A DNA stretch of 45,036 bases from contig JBGSVK010000088.1 of NCBI GenBank assembly GCA_041752975.1, forward strand, positions 1 through 45,036, in the 5' to 3' direction. The stretch is from Minisyncoccia bacterium. GTDB taxonomy: Bacteria; Patescibacteriota; Minisyncoccia; Phycocordibacterales; UBA918. A model generated the notes under the pieces. It was not told the DNA's origin and ran no database searches. It was given only the letters and a program-made list of their open reading frames with translations. Numbering within the stretch: the first letter of the stretch is position 1; every line of letters starts with the position of its first letter. The translations under genes were made by a program, and so were the position numbers. Below, one piece after another: positions 38,682 through 45,036 of the stretch.

Positions 38682-38831
38682 TAAGTATTTATGAAAACAA
38701 CGAACTTCTTTGTCACATATCGTCAAATATTTCTCAACATATACACGATATGCCTCATGATATTTGGTTTGGGCGCCGCGAACTTTACTTATTTTCATAA
38801 ACACTCCGAAACCCTAAAAGATTAAATAAAT

Positions 38832-40736
38832 ATGAAATTTTCTCACAACTGGCTCCAAAAGTTTTTTACCGAAGCGTTACCTGCACCGGAAGTTTTGGCT
38901 GAAAAAATAACCTTTCATTCTTCTGAAATTGAAGAGATTATTTCTCTACCCAAAGACACTGTTTTAGATGTAAAGGTCTTGCCAGACAAGTCAGCTTGGT
39001 TAATGTCGCATCGTGGTTTGGCAAAAGATATTTCAGTAATGTTAGATATTCCACTTGCGACTGATCCTTTTCAAAACAAGTCAGAAATCAGTAATTTGGA
39101 TAATGTTTCAATTAAACTCTCTTCCTCGACTTGTACTTATTATGGAGCAGCTCTAATTAAAGATGTACAAATTAAACCTTCCCCAGAGTGGTTAAAGGAA
39201 GCAATAGAAGCAATCGGGCAGCGTTCAATCAATAATATTGTTGATGCTACAAATTATGTAATGTTCGAATTGGGACAACCTCTACATGCTTTTGATGTAG
39301 GTAAACTCAAATGTGTCGATGGTCAGTATAGCGTTGGGGTTAGACAGGCTACTCCTAAAGAATCGATAGTAACTCTAACTGGAGAGACTTACGAATTGTC
39401 TGAAGCTGACGCAATTATTATTGACGCTAACGATAATGAACCAATTGGTATTGCTGGAATAAAAGGCGGTAAACACGCAGCTATCGATAACTCAACTACA
39501 GATATTTTAATTGAATCAGCAAATTTTGATCGTGTGGCAATTAGAAATACAGCCAAACGTATAAAACTACAAACTGATGCCTCAAAGCGTTTTGAAAACG
39601 GTATCAGTCCTGCTGTGGCGCCAATAGCTCTGACAAGGGTTGTTGAACTTGTGCTTGAGATTGCTGGAGGAATTAATTTGGGTCAGGTATCTTCTGGGGA
39701 GGCATCTGTTGTTAGGGAGTCCGTCTCATGTTCACTTAAAAAAGTTAATTCGGTATTAGGGCTTAGTCTTGGTCAGGAAGATGTTAGTTCGATTATAAAC
39801 CGTTTTGGCTATGCATATTCTTGGGCAGGGGACATTGTTTCTGTGACGCCATCATTTGAAAGAGATGACTTAATTATTGAAGAAGACTTAATAGAGGAAA
39901 TTGGGCGCATGTATGGACTTGGTCATATTGTTTCAGTTCCGCCAACAAAACAAGTTGTGAGTGAATTTAATAAGCGACATTACTATGCCGAAAAAATTCG
40001 GGCTTGTTTAATTGAGCTAGGTTTCTCAGAAATTTACACCAGTTCATTTAGGAGTAAGGATTTAGTTAAGTTAGAGAATGCACTTGCTTCAGACAAGGAA
40101 TTCCTACGCAGTACCTTAACGGCTAATTTACAAGAAGCGATTGAGCGAAATATTTCACACCGAGATTTGCTTGGTCTTTCGGCGATTAAAATATTTGAAA
40201 TCGGAACAGTTTTTTCTGAGGACTCAGAGGAGTTCAGGGTTTCGATAGCTGTTCAATCTGGCACAACCTTTAAGGCCAAAGCAGACAAACCACTTATTGA
40301 GGAGGCTTTGACAGAATTGGCAAATGCTTTAGGGTTTGCACCTGAGCTGTTATTTGATATTGATGGAGTAGTAGAATTTTCCTTGGACTCACTATTACTG
40401 AAACTACCTTCGCCAACTGATTATGAAGAGGTGGAAAAAAAGTCGCCGAAAAAGTATCAAGCCTTTTCCGTTTACCCAGCTATGACTAGAGATATTGCTA
40501 TGTGGGTAGAGCAGGGAACAGATAGTGAAACAATAACAAAGATTATAAAAGATTCTGCAGGAGCATTGCTTTACAGAATTACGCTATTTGATGAGTTTAG
40601 TAAGGATGGTAAAACCTCTTATGCATTTAGGTTAGTATTTCAGTCTTACGAGAAGACCTTGACCGATGAAGAGGTTCAGGTGTATATGGATAATGTTTAT
40701 AAAAACGTTGCAAATCAAGGCTGGGAAGTACGGTAA
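38832..40736 (+). CDS. pheT: Phenylalanine--tRNA ligase beta subunit (634 aa), lacking the B2 OB-fold tRNA-binding insert
   Basis: It starts MKFSHNWLQKFF and contains the B3/4 motif NNIVDATNYVMFELGQPLHAFD, a B5 region and a C-terminal FDX-ACB-like YPAMTRDIAMWV...YAFRLVFQS. Confidence 0.9.
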   Translation: MKFSHNWLQKFFTEALPAPEVLAEKITFHSSEIEEIISLPKDTVLDVKVLPDKSAWLMSHRGLAKDISVMLDIPLATDPFQNKSEISNLDNVSIKLSSSTCTYYGAALIKDVQIKPSPEWLKEAIEAIGQRSINNIVDATNYVMFELGQPLHAFDVGKLKCVDGQYSVGVRQATPKESIVTLTGETYELSEADAIIIDANDNEPIGIAGIKGGKHAAIDNSTTDILIESANFDRVAIRNTAKRIKLQTDASKRFENGISPAVAPIALTRVVELVLEIAGGINLGQVSSGEASVVRESVSCSLKKVNSVLGLSLGQEDVSSIINRFGYAYSWAGDIVSVTPSFERDDLIIEEDLIEEIGRMYGLGHIVSVPPTKQVVSEFNKRHYYAEKIRACLIELGFSEIYTSSFRSKDLVKLENALASDKEFLRSTLTANLQEAIERNISHRDLLGLSAIKIFEIGTVFSEDSEEFRVSIAVQSGTTFKAKADKPLIEEALTELANALGFAPELLFDIDGVVEFSLDSLLLKLPSPTDYEEVEKKSPKKYQAFSVYPAMTRDIAMWVEQGTDSETITKIIKDSAGALLYRITLFDEFSKDGKTSYAFRLVFQSYEKTLTDEEVQVYMDNVYKNVANQGWEVR

Positions 40737-40814
40737 TTATCCCTTTTTTAGACAGACAAGCGAGCCCTTTTCTGCTATACTATAAGGATATTTTTAAGGG
40801 TAAATAATTTCGGC

Positions 40815-42926
40815 ATGGCAGAAAAAAAAGAGAAGAAAAGTAGTTATGATGCTTCATCAATTTCCGTTCTAGAAGGTCTAGAACCGGTACGAAAGCGTCC
40901 GGGAATGTATATTGGTACAACAGGACCAGAAGGCCTCCATCATTTGATTTGGGAAGTTTTCGATAACTCTCGCGACGAAGCGATGGGTGGTTTTGCTAAT
41001 AGAATTGAAGTAGCCCTTTTGCCAGGTGGATATGTTCGTGTAGCAGATAATGGTCGCGGTATTCCTGTAGATATGCATAAACAAACTGGCGTATCTGCTC
41101 TTGAGACTATTCTTACTGTACTGCATGCTGGAGGTAAATTTGGAGGAGAAGAATCTGGCTATAAGGTGTCTGGAGGTCTTCATGGTGTAGGTGTATCTGT
41201 AATGAATGCGCTTTCTTCACACGTAATAGTAGAGGTACACAGAGACGGAGCCTTTCATATGCAGGAATATGCTATAGGTGTGCCAAAGTATAAGGTAAAG
41301 AAGATGGGTGCTTCAAAACTCAAGGGGACTATTGTTACTTTTCAAGCAGACGCTACTATTTTTCCTGAAACCGATTATGACTTTAAAAAGATTGTAAACA
41401 ATCTTCGACAACAGGCATACCTAGTAAAAGCCATGCAACTATCTGTAATAGATGCACGACTTGTGGCAGGCGAGGAAGCTGCTGTGCATGCTTCTTCTGA
41501 CAAGGCTTTGGTTAAGTTTCTGGATAGTATTAGAGGTAAACAATACCTGACAGATGAGCGATTTGAAGTACCACACCAACACTTCTATTTTGAAGGTGGC
41601 TTGCGTTCTTTGGTGGCTTTCAACAACCATTACCAAAAGCCGGTACATAAAAATATCTTTTATGTAGAAAAGAGTGATCCTAAAGCAATTGTGATGTCCG
41701 TAGAGGTGGCTCTACAGTATGTAGATGACATTTCAGCGCGAATCTCTGCTTTTGCTAATAATATTTATAATCCAGAACACGGTACGCACGTTACAGGCTT
41801 TAAAACAGCACTTACTCGTACTCTAAATAACTATGCTAGGAAGAATAATTTCTTCTCGGTAAAAGATAAAGACACTGGTTTTACTGGAGACGATGTGCTT
41901 GAAGGTATTACAGCGGTGGTCTCAGTTAAGATGCCCGAAATTCAGTTTGAAGGACAAACCAAAGCCAAGCTTGGCTCTGTAGAAGCAAGAGGAGCGGTGG
42001 AATCTATCTTTGGAGAAGCTTTTGCAGCTTATCTAGAGGAAAATCCTGATGATGCCAAAGCCATCATCAACAAAGTGGTGATTGCTGTAAAAGCCAGAAA
42101 AGCCGCCAAGGCTGCCAAGGACAGTGTACTTCGTAAGGGAGCTCTCGAAGGAATGTCTCTCCCTGGAAAACTGGCTGACTGTCAAAGCAAGAAAGCAGAA
42201 GATTCCGAGTTGTTTATTGTAGAAGGGGACTCAGCCGGCGGTTCTGCCAAAATGGGACGTGATAGAAAAACTCAAGCTATCTTGGCTCTACGAGGAAAAA
42301 TTTTGAATGTTGAGCGAGCTCGTATTGATAAAATGCTCGCTTCTGAGCAAATTAAGAACGTTGTAATTGCGCTAGGTACGGCTATTGGTGATGTGTTTGA
42401 TATTTCTCGATTGCGCTACCACAAGATTATTATCGCAACCGATGCGGATGTCGATGGTGCACACATCAGAACTCTACTACTAACTCTGTTCTTCCGTTAT
42501 TTTAAACCATTAATTGAAGGTGGTTTTATCTATATTGCTCAACCTCCACTTTATAAAATCCAGAGAGGAAAAGAAATCCAGTATGCTTTTACAGATGAAG
42601 AAAAATTCAGTGTTTTGGCAGGGATGGGAGTTGATGTTAATGAGGATGAAGTAGCTGAGGAAGATGGGGCTGAGCCTGAAGAGGAAGTAGAAGTAGCAAA
42701 GAAAAATAGTAAAGTCAGAATTCAGCGCTATAAGGGTCTAGGAGAAATGAACGCAGACGAACTTTGGGAGACAACCATGAATCCTGAATTTAGAATTCTC
42801 AAGCAAGTAAATATTGATGACGCACTGATGGCAGATAAGGTATTTGATGTTTTGATGGGGACTGATGTTTCAAGTCGAAAATCATTTATCCAATCAAACG
42901 CCAAGATGGCAAACCTAGATATTTAA
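40815..42926 (+). CDS. gyrB: DNA gyrase subunit B
   Basis: Contains VLEGLEPVRKRPGMYIG, GLHHLIWEVFDNSRDEA, the Toprim EGDSAGGSAK, ALRGKILNVE, IIIATDADVDGAHI and QRYKGLGEMNADELWETTM. It carries a roughly 35-aa insertion before YFEGG and an acidic insertion of about 25 aa (NEDEVAEEDGAEPEEEVEV). Confidence 0.95.
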   Translation: MAEKKEKKSSYDASSISVLEGLEPVRKRPGMYIGTTGPEGLHHLIWEVFDNSRDEAMGGFANRIEVALLPGGYVRVADNGRGIPVDMHKQTGVSALETILTVLHAGGKFGGEESGYKVSGGLHGVGVSVMNALSSHVIVEVHRDGAFHMQEYAIGVPKYKVKKMGASKLKGTIVTFQADATIFPETDYDFKKIVNNLRQQAYLVKAMQLSVIDARLVAGEEAAVHASSDKALVKFLDSIRGKQYLTDERFEVPHQHFYFEGGLRSLVAFNNHYQKPVHKNIFYVEKSDPKAIVMSVEVALQYVDDISARISAFANNIYNPEHGTHVTGFKTALTRTLNNYARKNNFFSVKDKDTGFTGDDVLEGITAVVSVKMPEIQFEGQTKAKLGSVEARGAVESIFGEAFAAYLEENPDDAKAIINKVVIAVKARKAAKAAKDSVLRKGALEGMSLPGKLADCQSKKAEDSELFIVEGDSAGGSAKMGRDRKTQAILALRGKILNVERARIDKMLASEQIKNVVIALGTAIGDVFDISRLRYHKIIIATDADVDGAHIRTLLLTLFFRYFKPLIEGGFIYIAQPPLYKIQRGKEIQYAFTDEEKFSVLAGMGVDVNEDEVAEEDGAEPEEEVEVAKKNSKVRIQRYKGLGEMNADELWETTMNPEFRILKQVNIDDALMADKVFDVLMGTDVSSRKSFIQSNAKMANLDI

Positions 42927-42945
42927 TTATATTTAAATAAAAAAG

Positions 42946-42968
42946 AGCGAAAGGTGATACCTTTCGCT
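42946..42968. terminator. Bidirectional intrinsic terminator between gyrB and the convergent surface-protein gene
   Basis: agcgaaaggt-gat-acctttcgct forms a 10-bp stem. An A-run lies upstream and attttttatttt downstream. Confidence 0.8.
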
Positions 42969-42986
42969 ATTTTTTATTTTGAATTT

Positions 42987-44108
42987 TTATTCTAGGACAA
43001 ATATTGACCAGCTAGCTGAATTATTCTTTGAGTTTGTGTCTCTGTCTGTTTTGGTTGAAAGACTGTATGAGTATAGTTTTTCATCATCTACAGCAGGGAA
43101 GCTGATAGTGAGAAGTGATTTCTCATTTGGCTTGAGAGCGGTTTGTTTTGTAGATTCATAAGTAATCCCTCCAGGTAGCTTGGCAGTAAAATACCAATCT
43201 TCTGAAGTTTTTGTACCAATGTTCTTGACTGAAAATTGCATGGCACCTTCCTCGTCGGTAGTTAATTTACCGGTGTTTAGATAATTTCCACCAGAAGTAA
43301 TTCTACCAATACCAATATATGTAACTTCTAGGTCTGTAAATCCATTTGGATTTGAAGTAGGAATTGCGTACTCGTAAACATATTCATAAACCGGAGCGGG
43401 TTTAACTACTGGTTTTGTTGGCTCAACGACCGGAGTGGTGGTTGTAGCCTCAGTTGTTGGACTTGTTGTAGTGGCAACAGGAGTTACTTCTTCAGCTGGT
43501 TCTGTTACTTCGGTTTCAGGTTCCGTTACCGCAACTTCTTCGGTTGTTGTAGCAACCTCTTCAGCTACTTCAGTTGTACTATCTGGAGCAAGTCTAGGAT
43601 TGAGTACTGTGACAGATTGAGAGCTGTTAGTAGTTGATGTAGCAGAATTAGTTTTAAAGTATGAAACTGTATAGTTCATTTCTAGTACTGACTTCTTTTC
43701 AGAGTTAACCAGAATTTGTGCTGTTCCTACAGTACCAAGATCGTAGGTACTTCCACACTCAGCATTTTTAAAATCACTCAGAGCGGTTTTTACCTGAAGA
43801 GAAAGACCATCTTGGCATTCGTAATTAAAGGTATAAGTACCTTTTTTGGCTGGCTTATCCCAACCGATAGTAAATTCGTTACCAGTTATAATCGGTCCAG
43901 CTACTGGCTTTAAATCAATTTCTACTTCCGCTGTTGGGTCGTAGCTATAGACACTATCAGCAAGAGAGGCAAGTGAACTGATAGCGCTTGGGAAAACAGA
44001 CACTATTTGTACTGAAAGCCAAGCTATTAAAATAATAACTCCAAATAATCCAATAATTGCTAAGGTTTTTAATAAGCCCGCCTTTTTTTCTGGTGTAACG
44101 TTATTCAT
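42987..44108 (-). CDS. N-terminally anchored surface protein with an acidic Thr/Glu/Val/Pro-rich linker and a CARDB-like C-terminal beta-sandwich
   Basis: The N-terminal TM segment is LAIIGLFGVIILIAWLSVQIV. The linker is EVAEEVATTTEEVAVTEPETEVTEPAEEVTPVATTTSPTTEATTTTPVVEPTKP. The C-terminal segment DLEVTYIGIG...FSVKNIGTKTSEDWYFTAKLP resembles CARDB, but support is weak. Confidence 0.8.
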   Translation of the reverse strand: MNNVTPEKKAGLLKTLAIIGLFGVIILIAWLSVQIVSVFPSAISSLASLADSVYSYDPTAEVEIDLKPVAGPIITGNEFTIGWDKPAKKGTYTFNYECQDGLSLQVKTALSDFKNAECGSTYDLGTVGTAQILVNSEKKSVLEMNYTVSYFKTNSATSTTNSSQSVTVLNPRLAPDSTTEVAEEVATTTEEVAVTEPETEVTEPAEEVTPVATTTSPTTEATTTTPVVEPTKPVVKPAPVYEYVYEYAIPTSNPNGFTDLEVTYIGIGRITSGGNYLNTGKLTTDEEGAMQFSVKNIGTKTSEDWYFTAKLPGGITYESTKQTALKPNEKSLLTISFPAVDDEKLYSYSLSTKTDRDTNSKNNSASWSIFVLE

Positions 44109-44222
44109 GTTGAGAAAACCCTACCATATTGATTAAAAAAGTCAAGCATATGTATAGGTTAAGAAATTTCAATATAAGAAAAGTCATTGCAAAATAAGCT
44201 AATATTGACTTTCCGATAAAAT

Positions 44223-44936
44223 GTGCTATCATATATAAATATGGAAGTACGCTCATGGTCACAGTTGATTGATGCAATTTTGCTCCGCAAGGTGGCTTTT
44301 CTTGTGACATTTTTTCTTGTTTTTTTAGTTAGCTACGGCGTATTGGCCTGGCTGGATTTTTTGCCTGAGTTAGTTTTAGAAAACGAAAATACTGAACAAG
44401 TTGAACAAGTTGTTGAATCAGATGTTGTTGATTCAACTTCAATCGATTCAATTGAAAACACCACTGATTATCTGAATGAAGTACAGTCTCCAGCAAATGT
44501 TCTCCCTCTCACAATGACTATTGAAGCTTTAGGTAAGAGTATTACTGTCTTAAATCCTACTTCAAGAGATAACTCTGATTTGGACACAGCATTGTTAGAT
44601 GGAGTTGTTAGACACCCAGATTCAGCTACTTTAGATCAAGACGGGACTGTATTTATATTAGGTCACTCTAGTTATTTGCCAGTAGTTCGTAATAAAAATT
44701 TCCAAGCCTTTAATGGTATTCAGGATTTAAAATGGGGAGATACAATAAAAATAAGTGCCAATGAGGGGGAGTATATTTATCGTGTCGACAAGGTTTATCG
44801 AGCTAAAGCTCAAGATGTTGTGGTGCCTATAGCTGGGCCTGATAAACGTCTAGTTTTAGCAACTTGTAATAGTTTTGGTAGTACCGACGATCGTTATATT
44901 GTGGAAGCGGACTTAATTGAAACAAATTTATTTTAA
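44223..44936 (+). CDS. Sortase-family transpeptidase
   Basis: It has an N-terminal TM anchor and the catalytic-triad context FILGHSS (His), LVLATCNSF (TLxTC-type Cys) and DDRYIVEADL (Arg). The motif spacing is typical of sortases. Confidence 0.75.
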   Translation: MLSYINMEVRSWSQLIDAILLRKVAFLVTFFLVFLVSYGVLAWLDFLPELVLENENTEQVEQVVESDVVDSTSIDSIENTTDYLNEVQSPANVLPLTMTIEALGKSITVLNPTSRDNSDLDTALLDGVVRHPDSATLDQDGTVFILGHSSYLPVVRNKNFQAFNGIQDLKWGDTIKISANEGEYIYRVDKVYRAKAQDVVVPIAGPDKRLVLATCNSFGSTDDRYIVEADLIETNLF

Positions 44937-44946
44937 TCAAGCCCGC

Positions 44947-44975
44947 TTGACAAACCATGATTATTCATATATTAT
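44947..44975 (+). promoter_or_regulatory. Near-consensus sigma-70-type promoter: TTGACA, 17 nt, TATTAT
   Basis: ttgaca at 44947-44952, a 17-nt spacer, then tattat at 44970-44975. It faces out of the window and is followed by the small hairpin ggcc-ttttga-ggcc. The target gene is not visible. Confidence 0.45.
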
Positions 44976-45036
44976 ATTAAGTAATAAACGGTTCTCTTAG
45001 GCCTTTTGAGGCCACATTTCAAAAGCAAACACAGAT

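Noticed and set aside
38487-38804. A 105-aa minus-strand ORF spanning the pheS end and the pheS-pheT spacer.
   Set aside because: It overlaps the highly conserved 3' end of pheS in antisense. It has no recognisable domain or start context and its composition is typical of a shadow ORF.
42979-43913. Plus-strand ORFs 42979-43161, 43435-43620 and 43716-43913.
   Set aside because: They are antisense shadows of the 373-aa minus-strand surface-protein gene. The 43435 ORF is the mirror of its T/E/V/P-rich linker.
44101-44310. A 69-aa minus-strand ORF across the divergent promoter region and the start of the sortase gene.
   Set aside because: It overlaps the starts of both flanking genes. It is hydrophobic low-complexity sequence from AT-rich DNA with no support.

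Overview
This 45-kb window is almost entirely coding and mostly on the + strand. Gene content suggests a reduced-genome, monoderm, Patescibacteria/CPR-like bacterium: split transketolase, truncated PheS/PheT, short EF-Ts, a sortase and no outer-membrane genes. This is inference only. The genetic code is standard, because TGA terminates rpiB and the transketolase C-subunit at normal lengths. The first 23.5 kb is an accessory cell-surface locus. It starts with a 520-bp non-coding leader, followed by one uninterrupted 18,639-nt ORF of 6,212 aa. That ORF contains eight arrays of seven Asp-box-like beta-propeller blades (56 blades), two LamG-type lectin folds and two five-repeat NHL-like arrays. 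These are joined by a recurrent connector repeat, and the protein ends in an unassigned C-terminal domain with a poly-Gly tail. No terminator separates the giant ORF from four small secreted or membrane-anchored proteins downstream. These resemble a WxL/DUF916-DUF3324 (Csc-type) surface-complex cassette plus an FN3-repeat anchor protein. The remaining 21 kb is housekeeping: gap-rpiB-rpe-tktN-tktC, a convergent pfkB-family kinase, rplY, a coiled-coil lytic transglycosylase, rpmE, prfA, rpsB, tsf, tRNA-Thr(UGU), a processive GT2 synthase with a PEGA-like partner, pheS, pheT and gyrB. A divergent surface-protein/sortase pair closes the window. I saw no CRISPR array, transposase, integrase or recognisable defence genes. 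The main points of interest are the giant mosaic adhesin-like gene with its recently homogenised internal repeats, the Csc-like cassette coupled to it, and a cluster of tRNA-Thr-derived elements with a 58-nt perfect palindrome.
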